Made by a program: the position numbers and the translations under genes
IMG/VR virus record: IMGVR_UViG_3300033153_013649
Span: 64,001-128,000 of that record
Source: a virus
DNA length: 64,000 nucleotides
Reading direction: 5' to 3' (one strand)
The notes under the pieces: generated by a model
The model's input: the letters and a program-made list of their open reading frames with translations, nothing else
Database searches by the model: none
What the model was told of the DNA's origin: nothing
Shown: piece after piece, positions 54,600 through 63,887 of the stretch
Numbering within the stretch: position 1 is the stretch's first letter
Layout: every line of letters begins with the position of its first letter

Positions 54600-55835
54600 T
54601 TGGACATATCTCAAGAAATCTTATCGGATATTATTGTTTATATGAAATACGCTCGTTACAATGATAAAAAACAAAGAAGAGAAACCTGGGAAGAAGTAGT
54701 AAGACGTAATAAAAGAATGCATCAAAAAAAATTTCCTGAATTAAAAGAAGAAATTGAAGAAATTTATAAATTAGTCTTAGATAAAAAAGTTTTGCCTTCA
54801 ATGCGTTCAATGCAATTTGCTGGGAAATCAATTGAGATTTCTCCAAATAGAATTTATAATTGTGCTTATTTACCAATTGATAGTATTGATGCTTTTCATG
54901 AAATTATGTTTTTGCTCCTTGGAGGTACAGGAATTGGAATTTCTGTTCAAAAACATCACGTAGAAAAACTCCCGAATATTATTAGACCTTATACTAAAAG
55001 AACTAAACGATTTCTTATCGGAGATTCTATAGAAGGATGGGCAGAATCTATTAGAGTATTAATTAAATCTTATTTTCATGGCGGATCTACAATTAGATTT
55101 GATTTTTCTGATATTCGTCCTAAAGGAGCAAGATTAATTACCTCGGGGGGAAAAGCTCCCGGGCCTCAACCTCTTAAAGAATGTCTTTTGAAAATTAGAG
55201 GATTATTAGATGAAAAAGAAAACGGGGATAAATTACAGCCAATAGAAGTTCATGATATAATATGCTATATTGCTGATACAGTACTTGCAGGTGGAATTAG
55301 ACGAGCAGCTTTAATTTCTCTTTTCTCTGCTAAAGATATGGATATGATGAATGCCAAAACAGAAGAATGGTTTACTCATTATCCTCATAGAGGCAGAGCT
55401 AATAATTCTGTTGTTTTAGTTCGTCATAAGATCAAGAAAGAATATTTTGATGAAATATTTGAAAGAATGAAATTATCTCGATCCGGAGAGCCTGGAATAT
55501 TTTTTACAAATGATCAAGATATTGGGACCAATCCGTGTTTAACTGGGGATATGTTAATATCTACTGAAAGTGGAAATATTTCTATAAAGGAATTAGTTGA
55601 ATCAGAATTTGATTTACCTAAAGTTTATACTTATAATGAAGCTTCAAAACAAGTTGAATTGAAAAAGATTAAAGATAAACTCCTTACAAAGAAAAATGCT
55701 AATATTATTAAACTTGAATTAGAAGATGGAAGTGAAATTAAATTAACCCCAGATCATAAAGTATATACAGAAAACCGTGGATGGATTGAAGCTGCTCAAT
55801 TAACAAATAAAGACATTCTTTTTCAAATCGATTAA
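54600..55835 (+). CDS. nrdJ: class II (B12) ribonucleotide reductase, N-fragment ending in split intein IntN (55536-55832)
   Basis: RRETWEE, LPSMR, YNCAY, GGIRRAALI, R.RANNS, SGEPG, GTNP|CLTGD..TPDHKVYT. Confidence 0.93.
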   Translation: MDISQEILSDIIVYMKYARYNDKKQRRETWEEVVRRNKRMHQKKFPELKEEIEEIYKLVLDKKVLPSMRSMQFAGKSIEISPNRIYNCAYLPIDSIDAFHEIMFLLLGGTGIGISVQKHHVEKLPNIIRPYTKRTKRFLIGDSIEGWAESIRVLIKSYFHGGSTIRFDFSDIRPKGARLITSGGKAPGPQPLKECLLKIRGLLDEKENGDKLQPIEVHDIICYIADTVLAGGIRRAALISLFSAKDMDMMNAKTEEWFTHYPHRGRANNSVVLVRHKIKKEYFDEIFERMKLSRSGEPGIFFTNDQDIGTNPCLTGDMLISTESGNISIKELVESEFDLPKVYTYNEASKQVELKKIKDKLLTKKNANIIKLELEDGSEIKLTPDHKVYTENRGWIEAAQLTNKDILFQID

Positions 55836-55839
55836 AATT

Positions 55840-55885
55840 AAAAACCCCTATATTATAAATATATAAAAAAGACATAGGGGTTTTT
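55840..55885 (+). promoter_or_regulatory. RBS-sequestering hairpin with a T4 late promoter in its loop
   Basis: AAAAACCCCTAT/ATAGGGGTTTTT 12 bp inverted repeat; TATAAATA at 55854-55861. Confidence 0.8.
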
Positions 55886-56710
55886 ATGAAAACTTTAATT
55901 CAAAAATTTTATTTAGATTTTTCGAAAGGAAATATATTTGAAATACCAGAAGAATTAAATATTGAATTTCAAATATATCTTTTAAAAGAAATAGATAAAC
56001 ATGGAAAATCAGCATATAGTTATTCTAAAAGAATATTTCTTAGAAATAAATATATTAAAGAAAATTATTCTGAATTTTTAATATTAAAAAAAGAATTAGA
56101 AGATCTTTATAATAGTGGATATGGATTTAAAAGAATCGCAAAACTAATAGATCTTTCTTATACAAAAACCAGATTTTTATTTTCTCTTTGTGAAATAAAA
56201 ACAAGAAAAGGTCAATCGATTGTAACAGATGAACTCAGGAAATTAAGATCTGAAAATAGTAAAAAACATTATAAAAATAGAACTGGATATTTTAAAACAT
56301 TTGAAAGACGAACAAATAAATCAATAAGAGGTGTTCAAGGATATTATTATAATAAATGGTTTAATAAATATGTTTGGTTGAGAAGTACTTATGAATATAT
56401 CTTTGCTAAATGGTTAGATTTTCAAAATATTAAATGGGATATTGAAGTTGAAATGTTTAAACTTAAAGATTCATGGTATAGACCAGATTTTTTTATATAT
56501 AAAAATAATAAAGTTGTAAAAATTGTAGAAATTAAAGGATATAAATATAGAGAAAATGAAAAATCTAATGAATTAAATAAACAATTAAATATTGATGTTA
56601 TTCAAATTGAAAATATTAATCCTTATATAATAAATTCAAGTTATGGGAAGGAATTAAAACTTTGGAAAAAAGTACGTTTAAACGAATTAGAATTAAAAGA
56701 ATTACAATAG
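55886..56710 (+). mobile_element. free-standing PD-(D/E)xK homing endonuclease between the split intein halves
   Basis: LRSTYE..FAKWLD, YRPDFF, VEIKG. Confidence 0.8.
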
Positions 56711-57711
56711 AAAAAAATGAAGATGTATATGATTTAAAGATAAAAGATAACCATAATTTTTTCGCTAATGGATTATTAGTACATAATTGCGGGGAAATTT
56801 CTCTTCGTCCCTTTCAATTCTGTAATGTAGTTGAAATAAATGCTTCTGATATTGAAACACAAGAAGAATTAGAAAATAGAATAAAAGCAGCAGCTTTTAT
56901 TGGAACTCTTCAAGCAACATATACGGATTTTCATTATCTTCGAGATATTTGGCAAACAACAACAGAAAAAGATGCATTGCTTGGAATAGGAATGACTGGA
57001 ATAGCTTCTGGAAGAGTTCAAAAGCTCGATATTGAATCTGCTGTACGAAAAGCATTGTATCAAAATACTAGACTAGCAAATAAAATTGGAATTAATAAAG
57101 CTGCAAGACTTACAACTATAAAACCAGCTGGTTCTTCTTCTATAGTTCTTGGTACTTCTTCTGGCATCCATCCATGGCATTCTCAATATTATATTAGAAG
57201 AATCAGAGTTGGAAAAAACGAAGCAATTTATAAATATCTTTCTAAAAATCATCCAGAATTATTAGAAGATGATAAATTTCGTTCTCATGATCGATCAATA
57301 ATTTCTATTCCTCAAAAAGCTCCAGAAGGAGCAATAACAAGAGAAGAAACTGCAATCGAATTATTGGAAAGAGCTAAAGATATTCATCTAAGATGGATTC
57401 GTCCTGGACATAGATCTGGATCTAATTATAATAATGTATCTATTACTGTTTCCGTTAAAGATGATGAATGGGAAGATATAAAGAAATGGATGTGGAAAAA
57501 TAGAGAATATTATAATGGAATAACAGTTCTTCCCTATGATGGAGGAACATATATTCAAGCTCCGTTTGAAGAATGTTCGAAAGAATATTATGAAGAATAT
57601 TATAATAAATTAAAAAAAATTAATACAAAAGAAATTATTGAATTTCAAGATAGTACAAATTTATCAGGGGAAGTGGCTTGTGGGGGAGGAATGAGTTGTG
57701 AAATAATTTAG
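56662..57711 (+). CDS. nrdJ: split intein IntC (56662-56787) plus NrdJ C-fragment
   Basis: EDVYDL..HNFFANGLLVHN|CGEISL..QFCN, TIKPAGS, SSGIHP, ACGGGMSCEI. Confidence 0.92.
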   Translation: MEKSTFKRIRIKRITIEKNEDVYDLKIKDNHNFFANGLLVHNCGEISLRPFQFCNVVEINASDIETQEELENRIKAAAFIGTLQATYTDFHYLRDIWQTTTEKDALLGIGMTGIASGRVQKLDIESAVRKALYQNTRLANKIGINKAARLTTIKPAGSSSIVLGTSSGIHPWHSQYYIRRIRVGKNEAIYKYLSKNHPELLEDDKFRSHDRSIISIPQKAPEGAITREETAIELLERAKDIHLRWIRPGHRSGSNYNNVSITVSVKDDEWEDIKKWMWKNREYYNGITVLPYDGGTYIQAPFEECSKEYYEEYYNKLKKINTKEIIEFQDSTNLSGEVACGGGMSCEII

Positions 57712-57724
57712 GTTTAATTAAAAA

Positions 57725-58312
57725 ATGATAAATAAAATAATTTGTGGAGATTCTTTGAAAGTTCTTACGGGTTCAGAACATGTAGATTTGATAATTTCAG
57801 ATCCTCCGTATCCAGATTTTTATACATCTGAATTCAATTACAAAGACGAATTAATAGAAATATTCAATAGATATAATTGCCGGCAGTTTATTTTTTGGAG
57901 TGCTAAAGTTTCTTTTCCTTTATCTTATACTGCTCGACATGTATGGGATAAAATTACTGGAGCAGCTTGTCAATATGATTTCATTTATGAAAGAAATGGA
58001 TATAAAAAACAGAAAGTATTTAGAGGACATAGAATTAATTCAACAGTGTCTGCACAATTTGCAAAAGAAAAATTCTATGGTCAAAAAGCTCAAAAGCCAT
58101 TAAGTGTATTAATAAAATTAATAGAATATGCCTCGTCTAAAGAAGATTTAATACTCGATCCTTTTATGGGAACAGGTACTACTTGTATTGCATCAAAAAT
58201 ATTAGGACGAAAATATATCGGTATCGATATTAATCCAAAATGCTATAAAATAGTTCAAGAGCGTCTAACAAAGGTTCAACCAAAAGGAGATTGGAAAAGA
58301 TTATTAGATTAA
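57725..58312 (+). CDS. beta-class N4/N6 DNA methyltransferase
   Basis: ISDPPY, QKP, LDPFMGTGTT, GIDIN. Confidence 0.9.
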   Translation: MINKIICGDSLKVLTGSEHVDLIISDPPYPDFYTSEFNYKDELIEIFNRYNCRQFIFWSAKVSFPLSYTARHVWDKITGAACQYDFIYERNGYKKQKVFRGHRINSTVSAQFAKEKFYGQKAQKPLSVLIKLIEYASSKEDLILDPFMGTGTTCIASKILGRKYIGIDINPKCYKIVQERLTKVQPKGDWKRLLD

Positions 58313-58342
58313 GATTTTTTATTTAAAATTCTTTCTTCCTAG

Positions 58343-58371
58343 AAATTTGCTACCTGATAGCAAATTTTTTT
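58343..58371 (+). terminator. intrinsic terminator
   Basis: AAATTTGCTA-CCTGA-TAGCAAATTT plus T-tract. Confidence 0.7.
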
Positions 58372-58394
58372 GTTTTAATAAAACTTCTTAATAT

Positions 58395-58402
58395 TATAAA
58401 TA
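58395..58402 (+). promoter_or_regulatory. T4-type late promoter
   Basis: TATAAATA ahead of the structural/lysis genes. Confidence 0.55.
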
Positions 58403-58422
58403 ATAATAAAAGGAGAAAGGTA

Positions 58423-58767
58423 ATGTTAATGCTATATATTCATTCGTTTGTGAAATCGTTGCTGCCATATATAGCATTACTGCATCGTAAAAACTGGTTG
58501 TTTGACAGAAGAGAGTATCCGCAATTATGGCACACATGGAGTTGGATTGCACCCCGCGGAACAAGAAGAAGGGAATTGCTTTATAGAATTTGCGGAATTT
58601 TGACCGGGCACGAAATTAGTAAAACGGAATGGGGATATGGAGGGGGAAATTTTGTTGATCGACATTGTCGATGGTGTGATAAATTGATGCGAGTTCATAA
58701 ACTTGAAGACAAACCACCCGATTCCTTACAGGACTTGGTTGGACCATTGGGATTTTATGATAAATAA
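58423..58767 (+). CDS. hypothetical protein with possible Zn site
   Basis: C...GH...CRWC; AGGAG RBS. Confidence 0.6.
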   Translation: MLMLYIHSFVKSLLPYIALLHRKNWLFDRREYPQLWHTWSWIAPRGTRRRELLYRICGILTGHEISKTEWGYGGGNFVDRHCRWCDKLMRVHKLEDKPPDSLQDLVGPLGFYDK

Positions 58768-58789
58768 TATGAGGATAAAAGGTATATTG

Positions 58790-60952
58790 ATGCATAAATA
58801 TCTGATTATAATATTAATATTACTGCTGCCGTGCGGTGTTATCGGGCAGACGGCGGTGCATGATACGAGCACCGCATTCGATGCTGGATACATATACAGT
58901 AGGGATTCGCTTTACAGTGTAGCGCGAGGATCGACGACCGGTAATAGTTCTGGCACCACCCTTCTCTGGTTCGGGCAGAACGACAATCTCGGCGGAGATA
59001 ATTTTATTTCGCGTGCATTTTTCACTTTTGTTTTTAGTGACATTCCGGGAAGCGCAATCATTGATTCCGCAAAAATTGTATTAGATGGCAATAACGCTAA
59101 TTATGGTACTCATTTTTGGTATAATATTTATGTAGCGACATATTCCTCAATTGCTACGTCGGAGTTTGATGCGTTCATTGGCTGGCAAAGCGGAGTGCAA
59201 ACATATACTGGAGACTCGCTGGCATTTTCACTTTATACGGGGGATTATTCAGATGGCGACAATGTGATGTATATGAGGCAATCAGGATTAGATAGCATTA
59301 CGGCTCACATCGGAGACAGCCTAAAATTAGTGATACTGAGCCGCGAAGATGTGGTGGCATCGGAGCCGACCAATAACGAGCATGTCCGATTTGAGATTAA
59401 CCCAGAAATAATTGTTTCATATCATACGGCAGCTGGTGATTCGCCTCGCACTCTTACAAACTTTGATGTTTATGATGCCGGGCAGGATACAGCACTTTAT
59501 ACAGTTCATCCCGATACCGGCGATTTTTCCATGTGGGATAGCATTGTTGTGTACGATGCGACAGATACGGCTACAGTTTACGGCGCATTCACAAGCGGCT
59601 CTCTGGCGGACACGGCGGGCACATTAAGCAATCTGACAATCGGCGTCCTCGATACCCTGATTGCGGTGATGTACGCCCCGGTCGATACAATAGCTTATTC
59701 GCTGATTGATACCGTTACTACACTTTCAATATCTTCACCAACTGCTCATTATGTTTTTGCGGGAGCTACTGGTAACAATGATGGCTCTGACTGGACAAAC
59801 GCGTGGACTGAATTGCCTGCGACTTTAATACGAGGAGACATATATTATGTTGGCGCCGGCACGTATAGTTCATATACTTTTGACGATGCTGTTTCCGGGA
59901 CAGACAGTATTAAGATTTTATTTGCCGATTCTGCGAGTACTCCAGCTATTGCGTCAATAAATGGCTGGACTACGGCGATTGATGATAGCAATGCGGTATG
60001 GACTGCACCAACAACTTTTACGTCTAATTATTGGGTTATGGACGGGCAGGTTGGCGGCGGCCCTGGTAATTGGACGTCGGGACACGGTTTTAGAACTAAG
60101 GGTACGAGTGGGGGACAAAGATTGATATTTTTCGACAACGGTGCAAGTAATATTACAATAAGTCATTTTAATTTAGAGCATCGTGGATTAGATACTGAAA
60201 CTGGCGATGATGGCATTTATCAAGCAGATAGTACTGTACAAAATATTACTATTGACCATTGTTATTTACATGATTTCGGGAGAGTGCCTTTATTAACGAG
60301 ATTCACGGATAATTGGTTGTTTGAATATAATTATGTTGCAAGAAATTCATCATCTCCGGCACAACACGCTGAAGCGTGGTCTGACCAGGGTAGCGATGAT
60401 ATGATTGTGAGATATAACATGTGGGCTGATATAGAGGGAACTGCCTTTTTAGCATTTCTTGGACAAGATGTCACCGCAGAGAGATGGGAGATTTATGGAA
60501 ATGTATTTTTCTATACAACTGATAATTCTACTAATCGTGAAGGAATAGCATCAGGAACAATTATCACACGAGAATCTTGTTTTTCCAATAATATAAAAGT
60601 GTATAACAATACATTTATCAATATACCCGCACAAAGCGCTGGTATTTATTTATTCGGAACTGGAAATGAAATATATAATAATATTTGGTATAACTCTAAT
60701 ATGATTTTAACACTTCAAGGACAAGGAACATTTGATTATAATTGGTATTATGGAAATACAGATTATAGAGATAGTAGTAATACAGATGCTTCTTTGGCTG
60801 GAGACGAAACTAATGGCGTTGTCGGAACTGGCGATCCATTTGTAGACTGGCAGAATGGGAACTTCAGACTTAAAAAGGCGCCGATGGTTTTTGGGACAGG
60901 GGAGCTTATGAATATACCGCCGGAGGTTTTAATGTGTACAATGTTGCTGTAA
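58790..60952 (+). CDS. large surface/virion protein with signal peptide, beta-sandwich domains and right-handed beta-helix; frameshifted near 60875
   Basis: MHKYLIIILILLLPCGVIGQ; GNNDGSDWTNAW; YNNTF/YNNIW repeats; continues in the -1 frame. Confidence 0.75.
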   Translation: MHKYLIIILILLLPCGVIGQTAVHDTSTAFDAGYIYSRDSLYSVARGSTTGNSSGTTLLWFGQNDNLGGDNFISRAFFTFVFSDIPGSAIIDSAKIVLDGNNANYGTHFWYNIYVATYSSIATSEFDAFIGWQSGVQTYTGDSLAFSLYTGDYSDGDNVMYMRQSGLDSITAHIGDSLKLVILSREDVVASEPTNNEHVRFEINPEIIVSYHTAAGDSPRTLTNFDVYDAGQDTALYTVHPDTGDFSMWDSIVVYDATDTATVYGAFTSGSLADTAGTLSNLTIGVLDTLIAVMYAPVDTIAYSLIDTVTTLSISSPTAHYVFAGATGNNDGSDWTNAWTELPATLIRGDIYYVGAGTYSSYTFDDAVSGTDSIKILFADSASTPAIASINGWTTAIDDSNAVWTAPTTFTSNYWVMDGQVGGGPGNWTSGHGFRTKGTSGGQRLIFFDNGASNITISHFNLEHRGLDTETGDDGIYQADSTVQNITIDHCYLHDFGRVPLLTRFTDNWLFEYNYVARNSSSPAQHAEAWSDQGSDDMIVRYNMWADIEGTAFLAFLGQDVTAERWEIYGNVFFYTTDNSTNREGIASGTIITRESCFSNNIKVYNNTFINIPAQSAGIYLFGTGNEIYNNIWYNSNMILTLQGQGTFDYNWYYGNTDYRDSSNTDASLAGDETNGVVGTGDPFVDWQNGNFRLKKAPMVFGTGELMNIPPEVLMCTMLL

Positions 60953-61563
60953 GTGACACAACGTACCGGTCGGCAATTATTTCTTTCGATACGGCAGCAA
61001 CGACGGGGCTGGATTCGTTTGTTGTGATTTCGGCGTCGGACAGCAGCGAGCTTGAGAATTTCTGGCATTCGACCAGCGGGATGCTGGACTCGGCAAAAAC
61101 GCTGACGAAAGATTCTCTTTACAACTATCGGATTGTGGCGTACTATGACGGCGTTGACACTTTTTATACTGGTCCGCTCAGCTTTACAACACTGGACGAC
61201 CGGTACATTAATAATCTAAGATTGACAAATATCACAGATACTACGGTGACGGCTGAATGGGACACGTCTTACGGCGCGGTTAAATCAGCGTTTGACAGTA
61301 TGAGAGCAATCAACGATGCGGATTCAACTTTGCTTGCATCTTTTGGCACCGATACGACCGGCGTTATAGATAATCTTACTGCAGGTACGACATATTATAT
61401 CAGAATCGTGGGATATGCCAGTGATACCTTATATTATACTGAAAAGAGTACCTTTAAAACTAAATCATCAATTATTACTAAATGGGGATTTAATGCTGCT
61501 CCATGGAAAAAAGTCAAACAACTTATAATTTCATGGGGTAAATCGATATGGAGAAAATATTAA
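60874..61563 (+). CDS. C-terminal continuation (-1 frame): DxGAYEY motif plus FN3-like domains
   Basis: -1 frame reads KGADGFWDRGAYEY; LTAGTTYYIRIVGY and TDTTVTAEW. Confidence 0.65.
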   Translation, partial: KGADGFWDRGAYEYTAGGFNVYNVAVSDTTYRSAIISFDTAATTGLDSFVVISASDSSELENFWHSTSGMLDSAKTLTKDSLYNYRIVAYYDGVDTFYTGPLSFTTLDDRYINNLRLTNITDTTVTAEWDTSYGAVKSAFDSMRAINDADSTLLASFGTDTTGVIDNLTAGTTYYIRIVGYASDTLYYTEKSTFKTKSSIITKWGFNAAPWKKVKQLIISWGKSIWRKY

Positions 61564-61578
61564 AAAAAGGAATAAAAA

Positions 61579-62109
61579 ATGAAAATTTTATTAACTATAA
61601 TAACAGCATTACTTTTTGCCGTTAATTCTTTTGGACAAACTATTCCCGTCGAGGGAAAGATTAACAATAATATATTAGAATTAAACCGACCGCTCGTTGC
61701 TAGATCAAGTACTATTGTTGCTAATTGGGGAAATAGTATTCTTGTTGATACGTTAAGATTATCTACATCTAGTTCTGTTGATTCATCTATAGCATACGTC
61801 TCTTTTGAACAATCGGGGGCTATTTTTCATGCAACTCAAGCTAACGATTCAACAGATTTTATGATATATCTATATGCAGGGGTATGCGAAGATGCTTCAA
61901 ATAGAACAGTAATTTTAATAGATTCACTCGATACTTCTGGAGATATTGATGAAGATGACGGATTTTGGAAAAATAATTCAGGAGATTATGTTTGGCATCA
62001 TAATGTTCCTTTAAGTTCTCACTTTTTTTATGAAATTAAAGCTACAGTAAAAACAGGAACAGATACAAAAATATTTAATTCATACGTACTTAGATATAGG
62101 AGTAGATAA
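61579..62109 (+). CDS. hypothetical protein with signal peptide
   Basis: MKILLTIITALLFAVNSFG-Q. Confidence 0.7.
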   Translation: MKILLTIITALLFAVNSFGQTIPVEGKINNNILELNRPLVARSSTIVANWGNSILVDTLRLSTSSSVDSSIAYVSFEQSGAIFHATQANDSTDFMIYLYAGVCEDASNRTVILIDSLDTSGDIDEDDGFWKNNSGDYVWHHNVPLSSHFFYEIKATVKTGTDTKIFNSYVLRYRSR

Positions 62110-62639
62110 TGAACTGGAAAGAATTAGGTGAAGGTATTTCCAAAAAAGTTCCCTTGATTGGAAATATTTTAAAAAATGCAACCTTCGAAGTAGGAGAATC
62201 GATTGGAAATATTATTTCTTCTGCTTTAGGTATTGAAAACGATGTAAATTTAATTTATAAATATTTGCAAGATAATCCAAATGCTATATTAAAATTACAA
62301 GAATTAGAAATGAAGCATAGGGAAAAAATTTACGACCTTGCTTTTGTTTCAGAAGAATTACGATTAAGAGATGTACAAAATGCTCGAAAAAGAGAACTCG
62401 GAATGGCAAAACTTACGGGTTCTAAAGATGTTCATTTATATATCTTTAGTTATATCGTTTCTATTGGATTTTTTGGTATTATGGTATATCTAATGACTAA
62501 ACCCCTTCCAGAAGGAAGTAGTGAAGCTGTTCTTATGTTATTTGGTGGATTAATTGGAGCGTTTACTTCTATTATATCTTATTTCTTTGGTTCAAGTAAA
62601 TCAAGTGCGGAAAAAACAAATTTACTTGCTAAAAAATAA
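62109..62639 (+). CDS. holin-like protein
   Basis: DVQNARKRE followed by two TM helices and SYFFGSS. Confidence 0.75.
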   Translation: MNWKELGEGISKKVPLIGNILKNATFEVGESIGNIISSALGIENDVNLIYKYLQDNPNAILKLQELEMKHREKIYDLAFVSEELRLRDVQNARKRELGMAKLTGSKDVHLYIFSYIVSIGFFGIMVYLMTKPLPEGSSEAVLMLFGGLIGAFTSIISYFFGSSKSSAEKTNLLAKK

Positions 62640-62651
62640 TTTAAAAAAAGA

Positions 62652-62680
62652 TTGACAAAGCATTTTTAAATTTAGTAAAT
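62652..62680 (+). promoter_or_regulatory. sigma70-type promoter
   Basis: TTGACAAA..TTTAGTAAATT. Confidence 0.6.
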
Positions 62681-62709
62681 TGTTACATATTTAATTTTCT
62701 TCTCCTCAA

Positions 62710-62740
62710 GAGGCTAACTTTCGGGTTAGCCTCATTTTTT
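62710..62740 (+). terminator. intrinsic terminator
   Basis: GAGGCTAAC-TTTCGG-GTTAGCCTC plus T-tract. Confidence 0.85.
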
Positions 62741-62801
62741 GTTTTTTAATATTATAAATTATACATAAAGAAAAATTAACGAGGAAGAGGGGGTAAATTA
62801 A

Positions 62802-63098
62802 ATAAAACTTTATACAAAAGAAATTCAAGAATATGATTATGAAAATAAAGATTCGAATTTAGATCTTTTAAAAATAATCGTTCGAAAATATGTTGATTAT
62901 CAATCTGAATATTTTATACAATTTTTTAGTGATTTTTATATTTATGGAATTGATAAAGCAATAATATATCTCAAAAAATATAATGAAGAACCTCTTCTTC
63001 CAGATCAAAGACCTTTCCGAGATGATATTTTTCCTGAATTAGAAAAAACAGTTAATGAAATAAAAAATAAAGTAATTAAATGGCTAGAAAAGAAATAA
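62802..63098 (+). CDS. paralogue of 63171..63476 with ATA start (not in track)
   Basis: IKLYTKEIQEYD...VDYQSEY..QFF.DF.IYGIDKAII.LK; GAGGGGGT RBS. Confidence 0.6.
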   Translation: MKLYTKEIQEYDYENKDSNLDLLKIIVRKYVDYQSEYFIQFFSDFYIYGIDKAIIYLKKYNEEPLLPDQRPFRDDIFPELEKTVNEIKNKVIKWLEKK

Positions 63099-63110
63099 TT
63101 CTCTTTTTTA

Positions 63111-63139
63111 TTGACAATCTCTTTTTTTATTTAGTATAT
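63111..63139 (+). promoter_or_regulatory. sigma70-type early promoter
   Basis: TTGACA..TTTAGTATATT. Confidence 0.75.
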
Positions 63140-63170
63140 TATAAAGATTAATAGAATAAGGATTATAATA

Positions 63171-63476
63171 ATGAAACTTTATACAAAAGAAGTTCAAGAA
63201 TATGATCATAAAACAGGAAATTCAAATTTTCGTTTAATTGAGACGATCGTTGAACGTGTAGTAGATTATCAATACGAATATTCTACACAATTTTTTCAAG
63301 ATTTTGAAATTTATGGAATCGATGAAGCGATTATTTCTCTCAAATATTATGATAAAAATCCAGTGATGTTGAATCATCGCCCGTTCAATCAAGAAGAAAT
63401 TAAAAAACTTAAAGAGATAATAGAAAGAATAAGGAAAGAAATAAATGAATGGAAAGAAAAGACAACAAAAATTTAA
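63171..63476 (+). CDS. hypothetical protein
   Basis: MKLYTKEVQEYD... Confidence 0.65.
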   Translation: MKLYTKEVQEYDHKTGNSNFRLIETIVERVVDYQYEYSTQFFQDFEIYGIDEAIISLKYYDKNPVMLNHRPFNQEEIKKLKEIIERIRKEINEWKEKTTKI

Positions 63477-63484
63477 AAAAGGTG

Positions 63485-63513
63485 TTGACAAGCTCCGTTT
63501 TATTTAGTATATT
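63485..63513 (+). promoter_or_regulatory. sigma70-type early promoter
   Basis: TTGACA..TTTAGTATATT. Confidence 0.8.
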
Positions 63514-63548
63514 ATATGGATTTTAATCTTTAGATAAAGGAGAAGAAA

Positions 63549-63887
63549 ATGAAAAATTTCAAAGATTCCGGCCAAGGGATTACTAAAGAATCCTTCGATC
63601 TTGTAAATGAAAAAATAAACGAGATAGGTAATCTTATAACAATTCGAATATTATGGGACGGAAAAGGGGAGTGTGACACCATTTTTTTTGGTACTGAGGG
63701 AAGAATAAAATGTACTGGATTCGCAGTTGGATATCTAGGACAAGGTCCGAAAGTATTAGTAGATATTTTACAAAAAGTTACTAATATACCCTTCGTAAAT
63801 CTTTCTATGACCGTATATTATTCCAATTGGAATAAATCGGGCGAGATAGAAATACAAGTCGAAAACGGTTATGTTATTATAAAATAA
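63549..63887 (+). CDS. hypothetical protein
   Basis: AGGAG RBS; GF..GY.GQGP motif. Confidence 0.65.
   Translation: MKNFKDSGQGITKESFDLVNEKINEIGNLITIRILWDGKGECDTIFFGTEGRIKCTGFAVGYLGQGPKVLVDILQKVTNIPFVNLSMTVYYSNWNKSGEIEIQVENGYVIIK

Noticed and set aside
55833-56710. Group I intron in nrdJ
   Set aside because: No room for an intron core; intein motifs on both sides explain the break
3273-63491. Minus-strand ORFs in the track
   Set aside because: All shadow + strand genes or tRNAs and lack recognisable motifs
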